Sequence record: LR694611
Length of the DNA stretch: 64,000 bases
Reading direction: 5' to 3' (one strand)
Source: Escherichia phage rV5_ev158
Below, in pieces: positions 18,149 through 27,703 of the stretch. Below the pieces are notes generated by a model. That model did no database searches. It saw nothing but the letters and a program-made list of their open reading frames with translations, and was not told the DNA's origin. Position numbers and translations under genes: made by a program. How positions within the stretch are numbered: position 1 is the first letter of the stretch; every line of letters starts with the position of its first letter.

Positions 18149-18429
18149 AAATGAGTGCTAAGGACAAATTACACCAGTTAGCGCTAAAACGTCCTGTAAC
18201 GCTTCCTGACGAGCTTAACTCCATTTATGATGCGATTGTAGGGGAGATACAAAATAAAGCGTTAGCAGGCTTTCTGGGGTGCGGATTTTCGATAAATCTA
18301 CCCTCGCATCTCTCAGATTACTTCCCGCACATTGTTGGAGATTTAAGGGCAGGAGGTCTGCAGGTAGATGTTGTTGGCATCTCCCCAGAGAAAAATAATA
18401 CGGTTGCCTACTTGACAGTAACCTGGTAG
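18145..18429 (+). CDS. hypothetical protein
   Basis: ATG 18145 with GAGGTAG upstream. Confidence 0.45.
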   Translation: MKMSAKDKLHQLALKRPVTLPDELNSIYDAIVGEIQNKALAGFLGCGFSINLPSHLSDYFPHIVGDLRAGGLQVDVVGISPEKNNTVAYLTVTW

Positions 18430-18465
18430 TTGTGTATTGTTGTTTTCAACAAGAGGGGGTCATTT

Positions 18466-18705
18466 ATGTACAAGTCATTTTCAATCTACTCAAGACAGGC
18501 GAAACACTACACAGAGATCCTGATCACTCAGAAAAAATCTGTGGAAGGTGAGTGGGAATATCACCATAAAATGTTGCGTCCAGACTGGGTTTTTGATAGA
18601 CTTATTGCTATGATCCCTCTCGGAGAAGTATACCCTCTGACAGCCCATCGCGATGCTTGGGATTTAATTGATTACATAGATTCATTTAAGGAGCCTAGAT
18701 TATGA
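18466..18705 (+). CDS. hypothetical protein
   Basis: ATG 18466 with AGGGGGT 5 nt upstream. Confidence 0.45.
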   Translation: MYKSFSIYSRQAKHYTEILITQKKSVEGEWEYHHKMLRPDWVFDRLIAMIPLGEVYPLTAHRDAWDLIDYIDSFKEPRL

Positions 18706-19100
18706 AGATTGAGATTACTAAAGAAGGTAAGAAAGTGTCCGGCAACTATGCAACAGTAATTCGGGATTTAATGTTTGAAGCCACCAAGATCGGTACATCT
18801 AAAGTTGGTCAAACTGTTAGTGTGAAAAGTAATATCGCCACAGGAGAGAAGGTATTCATTGTGGTCAAAGGGCAGGATCCCGTGGAAGGAACAGTGGGCC
18901 GAGGTGGCTACCTATGCATTTCTGAAGAGCCGCGTATGTTAGTGGCTGACGCTACTATGGGTGGGAAACGTGTGTGCGAGGCGGATGAGGTAATGATTAT
19001 CCAACCTGTTGATCCAGATGACCCAGCAACTTGGGTGGTAGGAAATGAAATCTTCTCTTTAGAAGAGTTATCCTTCCCAGCACCGCGCTCTGTTCAGTAA
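18702..19100 (+). CDS. hypothetical protein
   Basis: 132 aa ORF. Confidence 0.45.
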   Translation: MKIEITKEGKKVSGNYATVIRDLMFEATKIGTSKVGQTVSVKSNIATGEKVFIVVKGQDPVEGTVGRGGYLCISEEPRMLVADATMGGKRVCEADEVMIIQPVDPDDPATWVVGNEIFSLEELSFPAPRSVQ

Positions 19101-19137
19101 TAATTTATCTTACCGGGGACGGTAGGTAGGAGGTAGC

Positions 19138-19371
19138 ATGAAAGTTAAATTTCTTACAGATTTAGGGTACCCTTCCTTGGTTGACTGTGTTGGTAAAATT
19201 GTGGAAGCAAAACGGCTATCTGCAAACGAGAATGTTGTCCTGGTTAAAGGGAAGGATTTACTAGCTGCAGGTGCAGAGTCTGGCAGGATCTCTCCTGATT
19301 ATATGTATTACCTATCTTTAAGTAATCTGCCAGAGCGAGGCGGTAAAGGCCTTGAAGTTGTGGAGGAGTGA
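19138..19371 (+). CDS. small acidic protein, MKVK / KGxDLxAAGA paralogue family
   Basis: MKVKFL...VGKIVEA...LVKGKDLLAAGA...GLEVVEE; paralogous to 22796 and 23010 ORFs. Confidence 0.5.
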   Translation: MKVKFLTDLGYPSLVDCVGKIVEAKRLSANENVVLVKGKDLLAAGAESGRISPDYMYYLSLSNLPERGGKGLEVVEE

Positions 19372-19376
19372 CAGGT

Positions 19377-19901
19377 ATGCTTCTGATTAACTGGGAAGAC
19401 CTCTATGGGGACAAAGACCCTGTTGCGTTTGTTGATCGTAGGTGGAGATACACTGAAGAACAACTGGCGGCAAAAAATTTAACTGCAAAACGCAGAAAGA
19501 TCATCCAGTGCAAGTACAAATACGCACAGTTTGCTGCAAAAGTGTCTCCACAAATCGAGAGCTTTGTGCTTAAATTGTATGACGAGTACCTCAAATTCAA
19601 ATTGGATTTTGTGCAGGTGTACCGTGCACAGGTACGACCAGATACCAACATATGTAGATGGAAGGTTGTTTGTGAAGGTAAAGATTTGCCGCTCAGCTTG
19701 ACAATTGAGTGGCGTTATGGGTATCATGAGTGTGGTCTGTATGATATTTGGGATGTCATTGTAGATCCTGCTAAGCATCTGAACACAGAGGAGCTGGAAT
19801 ATATCAATAAGGTTATTCTCGATATGTTTTTCAGCTACACACATGAAAACTCTGAGAAAGAACGGGATAATTTTCTTGACACCCTCAGCGACCATTTGTA
19901 G
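19377..19901 (+). CDS. hypothetical protein
   Basis: ATG 19377 with GGAGGAG upstream. Confidence 0.45.
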   Translation: MLLINWEDLYGDKDPVAFVDRRWRYTEEQLAAKNLTAKRRKIIQCKYKYAQFAAKVSPQIESFVLKLYDEYLKFKLDFVQVYRAQVRPDTNICRWKVVCEGKDLPLSLTIEWRYGYHECGLYDIWDVIVDPAKHLNTEELEYINKVILDMFFSYTHENSEKERDNFLDTLSDHL

Positions 19902-19931
19902 TATACAATTTAACCTACAAAGGGAGGACCA

Positions 19932-20159
19932 ATGAGTATAAATGTTGTGCTAATAGGTTACCTGGTAATGTCCGTTATAACAGCGGTATTCTTGACAGGT
20001 GTATGCATCGTGTCCAGACGAAGGGTGAAGTTTGATGATTTTATCACCATCATCACTGCTGCACCTTTTTGGCCTGTTGTTATCTTCATCGTAATAATGT
20101 GCCTAGTTGATTACTACAAGAATATCAGGAAGGAGAGTAGGGATGGAGACCGCACCTAA
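19932..20159 (+). CDS. small membrane protein (two predicted TM segments)
   Basis: Hydrophobic stretches VVLIGYLVMSVITAVFLTGVCIV and IITAAPFWPVVIFIVIMCLV. Confidence 0.45.
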   Translation: MSINVVLIGYLVMSVITAVFLTGVCIVSRRRVKFDDFITIITAAPFWPVVIFIVIMCLVDYYKNIRKESRDGDRT

Positions 20160-20295
20160 AACTATCTATACTGTTCTTAAAGATATTGCGTTCTACGCAG
20201 ATCTTAGCCAGGCACCTTTATGGGAAAAGAGCATGTATTTAAAATGGTGCGTTAATTTAGGGAGACCTTCCAGTGTTTCAAGCCATGTTTATTGA
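20143..20295 (+). CDS. hypothetical protein
   Basis: ATG 20143 with AAGGAGAG upstream. Confidence 0.35.
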   Translation: METAPKTIYTVLKDIAFYADLSQAPLWEKSMYLKWCVNLGRPSSVSSHVY

Positions 20296-20378
20296 GATGC
20301 TATCTGGGATATTGTTACTGGTAGCCATCTTAGGTGGTGCAGTTCTGATGTATAACTATCTTGAAAAAGGAGACAGCA

Positions 20379-20564
20379 ATGGTAAAAAATAAATCTTTAG
20401 AGCAGGCTGAAAACCTTCTCCACGAGCTGGTAAAGGAGTGGAAAGTTGAATACTCAGATTTTAATGCACGAGAGGGTGAAGATTATTGGCCTACGGAGCG
20501 CTCAGAGGGAGAATGGTATCAAGATTTTATAGAGTGGTTATATCAGACGTGCGATGAGGGGTGA
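20379..20564 (+). CDS. hypothetical protein
   Basis: ATG 20379 with AAGGAG 6 nt upstream. Confidence 0.4.
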   Translation: MVKNKSLEQAENLLHELVKEWKVEYSDFNAREGEDYWPTERSEGEWYQDFIEWLYQTCDEG

Positions 20565-21031
20565 CGATGTTTGTTAAATATGTAAAAACGTGCCTCAACA
20601 GTCTTGGCAGAGAGCATTGGTACACCTTGCTTGAAAAAGGGGAAATTTTAACAAAATCTGGAAAGATAACTTTGATACCTCTTGATAGTAAAGGTAAAGA
20701 CCCGTCACGACTTGTTATAGATGATTACGTTACAGGTGTGACGTTCGAGGTCTCTGTGGAGAGGTTAATACGCAGAGCTGGCGGCCCTTATGACCGAAGA
20801 GAGTATGTTTTCGATTCCGTTACAGAGATGGGGGAGCATCCGTCTTTAATGTTCAGGATGGTAATCAGAGATATGAGGTCATCTATAGATAGGATCGTAA
20901 AGGACATTAAGGAACCTTTTAGAGTAAAAGTTAAGAAGTTTTTCGATTCTAAGATTAACATACTCGCCGTTGCACTAGGTGTAGTTCAACTTCTGTTAAT
21001 TTTGCACTATTTTGAACTACTATTTAAGTAG
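20561..21031 (+). CDS. hypothetical protein with C-terminal TM segment
   Basis: 156 aa; C-terminal ILAVALGVVQLLLILHYF. Confidence 0.45.
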   Translation: MTMFVKYVKTCLNSLGREHWYTLLEKGEILTKSGKITLIPLDSKGKDPSRLVIDDYVTGVTFEVSVERLIRRAGGPYDRREYVFDSVTEMGEHPSLMFRMVIRDMRSSIDRIVKDIKEPFRVKVKKFFDSKINILAVALGVVQLLLILHYFELLFK

Positions 21032-21093
21032 TAGTTGAGATATGGCACAAAGGATGTGCCATAGTGAAATAAACTAAGAAAGAGGTAGAGAGA

Positions 21094-21441
21094 ATGCCAA
21101 AGATTAAAACGTTATTACTGTGGGTGGCTGTTTTAGCTTTTATAGGGTACTGGACTTGGGAAACTGAATTAAAAGATATCGGATATACCAGTCTTGAGAG
21201 CAAGGCGTGCATTGGCATAACCGATGCGTTCAGGCAAAATGCTATGGATCACGAATGTGTTGATGCAGATATAGATGAGAAACTGTCTAAGGACAAAGAT
21301 TTTTACCATGGGCATGCTTTACTTGATAGTGGTGACACTGTAGAGTTCTGGTCGTGGTTTCGTGAAGATGGAACAATAAAAACAGCAGTAAAGATCTCTA
21401 ACAAAGAGTTAATGCTGTTGCAGCAAAAGGAGGCTCAATGA
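21094..21441 (+). CDS. hypothetical membrane-anchored or secreted protein
   Basis: N-terminal hydrophobic LLLWVAVLAFIGYW. Confidence 0.45.
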   Translation: MPKIKTLLLWVAVLAFIGYWTWETELKDIGYTSLESKACIGITDAFRQNAMDHECVDADIDEKLSKDKDFYHGHALLDSGDTVEFWSWFREDGTIKTAVKISNKELMLLQQKEAQ

Positions 21442-21725
21442 TCTGGATATCCTATGCTGATGGCACCATGCTGTATACTGCAGGTACCAGATATGAAGTT
21501 CAGGAGAACGATAAAAAATTTATCGTAAAAACATTTGACAAGGACGACAACCTTTTGCTAGAATTGACTTACAAGGTTGGAGAGGTATCCAATATCCAAT
21601 TGGATTGTGGTTATAAAGATAATCCACTCAAAAAACCTGGAATAGGCAAGGCTTCAGAAGAACGTTTGTCTCGTATTGCAGAAAGCGTTTCTACACAAAA
21701 ATCTAAGAAGGGGACTAGAAAATGA
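21438..21725 (+). CDS. hypothetical protein
   Basis: 95 aa ORF, 4 nt overlap. Confidence 0.45.
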   Translation: MIWISYADGTMLYTAGTRYEVQENDKKFIVKTFDKDDNLLLELTYKVGEVSNIQLDCGYKDNPLKKPGIGKASEERLSRIAESVSTQKSKKGTRK

Positions 21726-21916
21726 AAAACTTACGTTTTAACACTTATTACTACAACACATTGAATGATTTGTACTATATTGTTCGAAGTAAAAGTCCTG
21801 AAACAGTCCTATTCTGCCGTGAACCTTTCAAAGGGGAGGAAGTAGAGTCTGAGATGAATGTTAGCCAAATCACCTCTTTGTTGCTCTCAGGCGCAATGGA
21901 AGAAGCAATATTCTAA
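21722..21916 (+). CDS. hypothetical protein
   Basis: 64 aa ORF. Confidence 0.4.
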   Translation: MKNLRFNTYYYNTLNDLYYIVRSKSPETVLFCREPFKGEEVESEMNVSQITSLLLSGAMEEAIF

Positions 21917-21934
21917 ACCAGGCGGGAGGGTTTT

Positions 21935-22120
21935 ATGAAGCACTATTGCCTGTCTGGTAGAATGGGTGCAGATTGTGATTGGGTTTTCTTAAAACTTGTC
22001 AGCATTCGAGAGTTCATCCCAGAGGAAGAGCAAGAAAGCGAGCTGATGTCATGGATCAACCATTACGGTAACACTTTTCGGCATGTTAAGGTAGAAGAGT
22101 TGCCAAGCGAGGCTGATTGA
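21935..22120 (+). CDS. hypothetical protein
   Basis: 61 aa ORF. Confidence 0.4.
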   Translation: MKHYCLSGRMGADCDWVFLKLVSIREFIPEEEQESELMSWINHYGNTFRHVKVEELPSEAD

Positions 22121-22215
22121 CTATGATTGCATCAATATTAACGTTTATGGGTGGCGTGGCATTCGGATTCATTGTTTGCCTGTTTATAGTGATTATGTCT
22201 ATGCGAGGCTGAATT

Positions 22216-22512
22216 ATGAAACTTTTTGAGTGGTTTAAAAAGTTTAAATATAAAGCTGTAGCCATCGTGCCGTGGTCCATTCAGTGGGTTGATGAAGGTG
22301 GTCTACCGATACCTGGTGACAAAGATACTGGGTACTGGATTATGATGGAGAACGGGTTTGGAAAGCGAAAGTATACGTGCACAAACTCTACTCGATCTGC
22401 ACTTAATAGAGTTCCTGGTTACAAACTTATGGTTGTGTGGAAAATGTCAGGCGTGCCTCCAGCCAATGCTCAATTTCTTACTGACAATCCTACCACGGTA
22501 GAGGAAGATTGA
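22216..22512 (+). CDS. hypothetical protein
   Basis: 98 aa ORF. Confidence 0.45.
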   Translation: MKLFEWFKKFKYKAVAIVPWSIQWVDEGGLPIPGDKDTGYWIMMENGFGKRKYTCTNSTRSALNRVPGYKLMVVWKMSGVPPANAQFLTDNPTTVEED

Positions 22513-22514
22513 TA

Positions 22515-22796
22515 ATGAAAAAGATTAACAGTAGTGAAGTCGAGTTTAAACTTGTCGGAAAAGGCACTTACTGGGAAGTTCGTCAAAAGGTATATTTGTT
22601 CGGTCTTATTCCTTACTGGTCTAAATTCTACTGGGGAGCTAACGAGTGGGGAAGATACGCCACCAAATCAATGGCACTTATTGGTATAGCAGAGTACATT
22701 GCAGCCAGAGATAGGGTTGAAGACACTTATTACTATACTGCGGACGATATTCGTAACAGTGTTTACGTCCCACAACCACCTGATGGAGACCGTTGA
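22515..22796 (+). CDS. hypothetical protein
   Basis: ATG 22515; 93 aa. Confidence 0.45.
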   Translation: MKKINSSEVEFKLVGKGTYWEVRQKVYLFGLIPYWSKFYWGANEWGRYATKSMALIGIAEYIAARDRVEDTYYYTADDIRNSVYVPQPPDGDR

Positions 22797-23020
22797 TGAA
22801 AGTTAAAGTTTTAGATTCAAGCTTCTATATTGGTCAGGAGCCCTTAGTGGGGAAAGTGTTTACTGCTGTCCCTAACGAAGATTACCCCGACCTTTTAAAA
22901 ATAAAAGGGGCAGATCTTATTGCCGCTGGTGCATCTCAGGAATGCTTTGACAGTCAGTGGACCTACAACTTTGCCCTAGGTGAGGATGTAGAGATAGTGG
23001 AGGACAATCATGAAGGTTAA
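22796..23020 (+). CDS. small acidic protein, MKVK / KGxDLxAAGA paralogue family
   Basis: MKVKVLDSSFYIGQEPLVGKVF...IKGADLIAAGA...EIVED. Confidence 0.5.
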   Translation: MKVKVLDSSFYIGQEPLVGKVFTAVPNEDYPDLLKIKGADLIAAGASQECFDSQWTYNFALGEDVEIVEDNHEG

Positions 23021-23264
23021 AATTCTTGATTCTAACGTCTACTTGGGACAATCCTTCCTGAAGGGAAAGGTCGTTCCTGCGGTATACTTTGAAGGGTTGC
23101 CGTGGGATGATCCTGTTCGGCAACATCACAGTTATGTAGGCCACAACGTAGTGTTTATCTTAGGAGCAGACCTGATCACCGCTGGTGCACCTGAATATTA
23201 TTTCGGGGAAGAGTCCTATTATGCCTTTGGGGTAGGGTCAGATGCAGATATTGTAGAGCTGTGA
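23010..23264 (+). CDS. small acidic protein, MKVK / KGxDLxAAGA paralogue family
   Basis: MKVKILDSNVYLGQSFLKGKVV...ILGADLITAGA...DIVEL. Confidence 0.5.
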   Translation: MKVKILDSNVYLGQSFLKGKVVPAVYFEGLPWDDPVRQHHSYVGHNVVFILGADLITAGAPEYYFGEESYYAFGVGSDADIVEL

Positions 23265-23276
23265 TGGGCAACCGTT

Positions 23277-23675
23277 GTGAAAAATAAACTGTTCAAAGTT
23301 ACAATGAAAATTCGCGGAGCTTGGAGCGTAAAGCAAGGGCGTATTCCAGAATTTGAGAAAGACTTCTACGTAGTCTCCACCTCGGAGGAGGCTGCATGCT
23401 GGCAAGCTGGCTATGCCTATGCAAGAACCTGGTACGAAGGATACCAGACTGGGGGCTATGACGGAGAAATTATCAGCAAGGGTGTAGAAGAAATTAATGT
23501 GTTGACAAGTGAAAAAGTTTTTGTTATAGTGCATCCAGATTCCAGAGTGAAGCATTACTGGAATGCCAGAACAAAAACTTGGACACCGTTTGCAGATTCT
23601 GCTACACCACTTTTAAACCAGAAAGCTCTTGACTCTGTCCCGAGCTATGGGGTTGTTGAAGAAAAGCTAAACTGA
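23277..23675 (+). CDS. hypothetical protein (paralogue of 25482-25877)
   Basis: Shares VIVHPDSRVKHYWNARTKTWTP with VMRHPHSNIAYYWDVLNNEWTP in the other ORF. Confidence 0.5.
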   Translation: MKNKLFKVTMKIRGAWSVKQGRIPEFEKDFYVVSTSEEAACWQAGYAYARTWYEGYQTGGYDGEIISKGVEEINVLTSEKVFVIVHPDSRVKHYWNARTKTWTPFADSATPLLNQKALDSVPSYGVVEEKLN

Positions 23676-23692
23676 AACAGTGGGGTACTAAC

Positions 23693-23983
23693 ATGATGGA
23701 TTTAGTTCTGGACACTGATAACACCGGAGCGTTTAAAAAGGGTGGTGTAACAAGCGTTGACCAATCCTTCCCTGCCAAGATTGACTCAAAATGGACCTAC
23801 AAGTTTGATGGAGAGATCTTCGCAAATGATGAGAAGGTTGTAGATGCTGCAGCCATTTTGAACGCTCTAGGGTACGACCCTGTGAATTCTTTGATCAAGG
23901 ATCCTGTTGAGTTTGCAGAGTATGTTCGAAAAATGGCAGATCTTGCTGTGGATATTTTAAAAACTATCGACAACAATCTGTAA
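23693..23983 (+). CDS. hypothetical protein
   Basis: 96 aa ORF. Confidence 0.45.
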   Translation: MMDLVLDTDNTGAFKKGGVTSVDQSFPAKIDSKWTYKFDGEIFANDEKVVDAAAILNALGYDPVNSLIKDPVEFAEYVRKMADLAVDILKTIDNNL

Positions 23984-23989
23984 AAACTG

Positions 23990-24018
23990 TTGACACAACG
24001 CTTCAGATTTAGTATCAT
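23990..24018 (+). promoter_or_regulatory. putative sigma70-like promoter upstream of hpf homologue
   Basis: TTGACA 23990-23995 with TATCAT-like -10 about 17 bp downstream; hairpin GAGGGTTTGGTTCCCTC in the leader. Confidence 0.4.
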
Positions 24019-24065
24019 TGTTTTCAAAGAGGGTTTGGTTCCCTCTTCTTTAAAAGGAACACGTT

Positions 24066-24383
24066 ATGCAAATTGAAATCACTGGCAACGTAGAAATCAC
24101 TGAAGGTATGGTGTCTTTCATTTCCAACAAAATGTCTAAACTGGAGCGTTTGCACCCCTCTGCCAACTATGCACGTGTGAGTGTAAAAGTTGAAAATGAT
24201 CACCAGGAAGTTATGGCGTTCATTTTTGACAATTCTGGAAAAGAAGTTATTGCCAAGGCTAAAGGTAGTGATGCTTACGAGGCAACTGACCGTATGGTAG
24301 ATGTTGCAGCACGTCAGCTGGCTAAATGCGGTGGAAAGAAAGGTAAGGGGAAAGGCAAAGTAAAGATTGACTTTGGAGAATGA
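24066..24383 (+). CDS. hpf: ribosome hibernation promoting factor / RaiA (YfiA) family homologue
   Basis: MQIEITGNVEITEGM... resembles recalled E. coli HPF MQLNITGNNVEITEAL...; conserved VKVE block and C-terminal ARQLAK; Lys/Gly-rich tail. Confidence 0.75.
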   Translation: MQIEITGNVEITEGMVSFISNKMSKLERLHPSANYARVSVKVENDHQEVMAFIFDNSGKEVIAKAKGSDAYEATDRMVDVAARQLAKCGGKKGKGKGKVKIDFGE

Positions 24384-24520
24384 GGTGCTACAACGGGTGT
24401 GATTAAGAAATTAGTCCCAAATGTAGAGATTGCATGCTTTGAAATTATGTTTGCAATCGCAGTTGTAGTTAATGTGTTAGGTTACGGCTATTAATATCAA
24501 ATAATTGAGGAGACCTCTAA

Positions 24521-24790
24521 ATGAAAATTAAATTATTCAAAACTGAGCTGGCAGACAAAAACTGTGGACTGGTTGAAGGCATGATTGTTGAAGCACAACC
24601 AGTGGACTATATGAAGGTGGTTCGTGATGCCCTGGGTGAAGGTTTTGATCTGATGGAGCCAGCTCTGCGAGAAGATGTTATCGAGATGGCTAAAAAGCAC
24701 ACACCTGAAGGTTTGGTGGTGTTTGTTGCACCGGGTAACGGAGAAGAATTGATTGTAACTCCTGATGTGTATGAGATTGTAGAGGAATAA
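24521..24790 (+). CDS. small acidic protein (MKIK start, EIVEE end)
   Basis: 89 aa; compositionally similar to the MKVK family. Confidence 0.45.
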   Translation: MKIKLFKTELADKNCGLVEGMIVEAQPVDYMKVVRDALGEGFDLMEPALREDVIEMAKKHTPEGLVVFVAPGNGEELIVTPDVYEIVEE

Positions 24791-24881
24791 TCCTGCTTGG
24801 ATTAGCATACTTCCTCGATAAGGAAGATTTGTAATTATTTGTGGGAAAGGAATCCCAATCTCTTACCAGAGGTGATACTAT

Positions 24882-25145
24882 ATGATTGTTTATTTTAAAA
24901 CTTCAGGTGGATACCCTGATTCTCAAAGCTTGATCGGAAAAACGTGCACAGCATACTCACCTCTTGATGAGGAGGTAAGCGATATTCTACGAAATATGTA
25001 TCGGATTGACCCCCAAGAAGCCTTTGATCAAAACCTTGTATTTGTCAAGGGCTCAGATATGAAGTCTTTGGGAGCATTCCCTGAAGCAGATGATGATGCC
25101 GTTTATTCGTTCATGACTCCTTTTGAAGCTATGGTTGTTGGGTGA
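24882..25145 (+). CDS. small acidic protein
   Basis: 87 aa. Confidence 0.45.
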   Translation: MIVYFKTSGGYPDSQSLIGKTCTAYSPLDEEVSDILRNMYRIDPQEAFDQNLVFVKGSDMKSLGAFPEADDDAVYSFMTPFEAMVVG

Positions 25146-25149
25146 TAAT

Positions 25150-25482
25150 ATGAAAGTACGCTTTATTGGTGAAACAATTCCTGTGCATCTCCGGTCTCCT
25201 GAGGATTCTGCAGATCTTGCATCTCAAAAGGCGAGAGGTTATGATAAGAAAGTAACCTCAACCGATGTAGTGCTTGAGGCTACCAGTCTACCTGACCCTG
25301 CTGCATTCTTTAATCATTATGGGTACTATTTCAGCAATCTGATGAATATCGGTGAGCTTGTGTTTATTAGTGGTGGAGAGATTGTTAGCAAGCTTGGCGG
25401 CGATCCAGATGTCTTTCATGAAACCTGTCCTTTTGCATTTGTGGTAGGTTCAGATGTGGAAGTTATTGAGGAGGTGCGGTAA
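25150..25482 (+). CDS. small acidic protein (MKVR start, EVIEE end)
   Basis: In-frame ATG 25150 just after upstream stop; listed start 25123 overlaps. Confidence 0.45.
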   Translation: MKVRFIGETIPVHLRSPEDSADLASQKARGYDKKVTSTDVVLEATSLPDPAAFFNHYGYYFSNLMNIGELVFISGGEIVSKLGGDPDVFHETCPFAFVVGSDVEVIEEVR

Positions 25483-25877
25483 TGGTAAGCCTATACCGTG
25501 TTGAGTATAGCTCAGATACTGTATACAACGTAAGAAGCAAAGATCGCAGCGACAGAGTGCAAGAAATGTATGTTCTTGCCGACAGTCCGTTATCTGCAGC
25601 GTTCAAGGCAGGGGCTCTTGCATCTCGTTGGAAATTTGAAGGGGGATCTTTCTATGAAGAAACCCTTGAAGATTCTGTTGTTATTTCTTCTGTAGAGGTT
25701 TCAGACGACTACGAAGGGAAAAAGTTCGTAATGCGGCACCCACACAGCAACATTGCGTACTACTGGGATGTTCTGAACAACGAGTGGACCCCAGATCTTC
25801 AGAAGGCTACTGTGCTAACACCGTTTTTGGCAGATAAGTTCCCACCAGAAGGTAATTTATCCGCACTGTTTCAGTAA
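25482..25877 (+). CDS. hypothetical protein (paralogue of 23277-23675)
   Basis: Shared HP...YYW...WTP block. Confidence 0.5.
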   Translation: MVSLYRVEYSSDTVYNVRSKDRSDRVQEMYVLADSPLSAAFKAGALASRWKFEGGSFYEETLEDSVVISSVEVSDDYEGKKFVMRHPHSNIAYYWDVLNNEWTPDLQKATVLTPFLADKFPPEGNLSALFQ

Positions 25878-25953
25878 TTTTCTTGCACACAGGTGTTGAC
25901 AACGCCAACCCTGTGTGAAATAATACCTTCATCTTAACAAGACAGGAGACCGA

Positions 25954-26214
25954 TTGATGAAGATTAAATTGAAAAACCTTGAAACGGCAGAGATTCAGGA
26001 CGGTGTTGATTTCCGTTCTAAAGATGGTGACATCTTAGATGTAAATATTCCAACCTACGAGCTGATTAAAGGTTTTGGCAACGTTCCGGAAGAGGATATT
26101 ACAGAAATTCTTATGATGTTGATTCTTGACGGAACTGTGTTTGCAGGTGAAGGTGAGAACGCTATTGCAATCCCAGGCCATTTTTATGAAGTAGTTGACG
26201 AAGAGGTGCTGTAA
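25954..26214 (+). CDS. small acidic protein (MKIK start, EVVDEEVL end)
   Basis: TTGACA 25896-25901 upstream; 86 aa. Confidence 0.45.
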   Translation: MMKIKLKNLETAEIQDGVDFRSKDGDILDVNIPTYELIKGFGNVPEEDITEILMMLILDGTVFAGEGENAIAIPGHFYEVVDEEVL

Positions 26215-26565
26215 ATGAAAGTAGAAATTACCGGTTTTGATGTGAATGTGGTTCCGGAAGATATTTTAGCTAAACTTCCAGAAGGTTTTGGTAACGGCGT
26301 TGTGGTGGATGCTGTTCCTCCTACCAAAGACATTCTGCTGCAGTATGGTGTAGCAGAGGAAGATGTCGATAAAGTTCTTACAATGATGGCAATCGATCGT
26401 GTTGTCGTTGTTAAAGGTCTCGATAATTTTGAGAGTGATCCCCTGATTATTCGTGGAGATGACTACAAAATCATCGATAATGAAGGCCAAGAGTTCTATG
26501 AGCCTTGTGCAGAAGATATTCTTAACTTATTACTGGAAGCAGGCACCGAAGAGGAGGACGAATAA
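26215..26565 (+). CDS. small acidic protein
   Basis: 116 aa, strongly acidic C-terminus TEEEDE. Confidence 0.45.
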   Translation: MKVEITGFDVNVVPEDILAKLPEGFGNGVVVDAVPPTKDILLQYGVAEEDVDKVLTMMAIDRVVVVKGLDNFESDPLIIRGDDYKIIDNEGQEFYEPCAEDILNLLLEAGTEEEDE

Positions 26566-26894
26566 TGAAGATTGACCCGTTACTGAAGGCTCGTGCAGAA
26601 AAAGCGTACACCATTAAGTTGACCAACCTGGTTCCTACTTGTCATCCGGATGTAGGTTGGCCCGAAGGTTTGGTGGAGGGAACTGTAACAGCTGCATACC
26701 TTCCTAACATCAAATACCTTATGGAAATCTTGGAGCTGGATGAGGAAACTGCAGAACAGTTCCAGTTGGATATGAAACAAAGTGGGACTCTGGTTATTCA
26801 CGGGTGGTACAATACTAAAGATGCAGAAGACCCTCTGGTAACTTCTAATCTGGCATATGAAATCTTAGGACCTTTGAACCTGGAGAAAGACTAA
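26565..26894 (+). CDS. hypothetical protein
   Basis: 109 aa. Confidence 0.45.
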   Translation: MKIDPLLKARAEKAYTIKLTNLVPTCHPDVGWPEGLVEGTVTAAYLPNIKYLMEILELDEETAEQFQLDMKQSGTLVIHGWYNTKDAEDPLVTSNLAYEILGPLNLEKD

Positions 26895-27181
26895 TGAAAG
26901 ATCTGGTTAAGATTAAGATTAAAGATACCAATGGAGAACTCAGTCATTTTGGAATTAATGATGGTGACGAGCTGATCGCACACCTGCCTACCAAGGAAGT
27001 TGTAAGCAAAGCAGTTGCCGGAGAAGAAGATGCAATGCAGGCTGCAGGTGTGGATGAAAACTATGTAGCCATGTGCATGTGCCGAGATCAGGTTGTTCTG
27101 TATAAAGCGTATCGACCAAACGGAGCCACGGAGTGGCTTGTATTCCGACCCGAAGGATATGAAATCTTAGAGGCACTATGA
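26894..27181 (+). CDS. hypothetical protein
   Basis: 95 aa. Confidence 0.45.
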   Translation: MKDLVKIKIKDTNGELSHFGINDGDELIAHLPTKEVVSKAVAGEEDAMQAAGVDENYVAMCMCRDQVVLYKAYRPNGATEWLVFRPEGYEILEAL

Positions 27182-27270
27182 TAAATCTTGCCAAGGTTGC
27201 AACGGCACTGTTAATTATTTGCTGGTCAGTAACCTTAACACTGTGTCTTGTATTTCAGTAAGGTGCTTAT

Positions 27271-27534
27271 ATGAACATCCTGATGTGGGTTGTAGCAGTG
27301 GCGTTTGTTGCATGTTTTTGCTGCTGGGTTGCGGTGAGGATTTCTGTAGCTACCCTTCGGAAGTTGGGGTTCTCAGAGTGGGATATTAATATCCTTTCTT
27401 TTCGCAATGAAACAATCTCAGCCGCCCTGCTCTGTAAGAAATTCAAGTGGGAACCTTGCGAGGTCATGAACTATCTAAGAACGGGAGATATCCCTGAAAG
27501 ATTTAAAAAAGTTCTTGACGACAAGGATAAATGA
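27271..27534 (+). CDS. small membrane protein
   Basis: N-terminal TM MNILMWVVAVAFVACFCCWVAV. Confidence 0.45.
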   Translation: MNILMWVVAVAFVACFCCWVAVRISVATLRKLGFSEWDINILSFRNETISAALLCKKFKWEPCEVMNYLRTGDIPERFKKVLDDKDK

Positions 27535-27562
27535 TAGTATAGTGACTAACAAGAGGTGAGGA

Positions 27563-27703
27563 ATGACTAATTTTACTGAAGCTTTAATGATGGCCTTGTC
27601 TGTTTTAGCGCTATCGGTGTGTTTTGGGGCGTTATTCACATCTCTGGTTAAAGTTTTACATACAGTATTATTACCCAAGGAGCGCAGTAATGACGAAGAT
27701 TGA
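27563..27703 (+). CDS. small membrane peptide, 46 aa
   Basis: AAGAGGTGAGGA before ATG; hydrophobic core; below ORF-track cutoff. Confidence 0.35.
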   Translation: MTNFTEALMMALSVLALSVCFGALFTSLVKVLHTVLLPKERSNDED

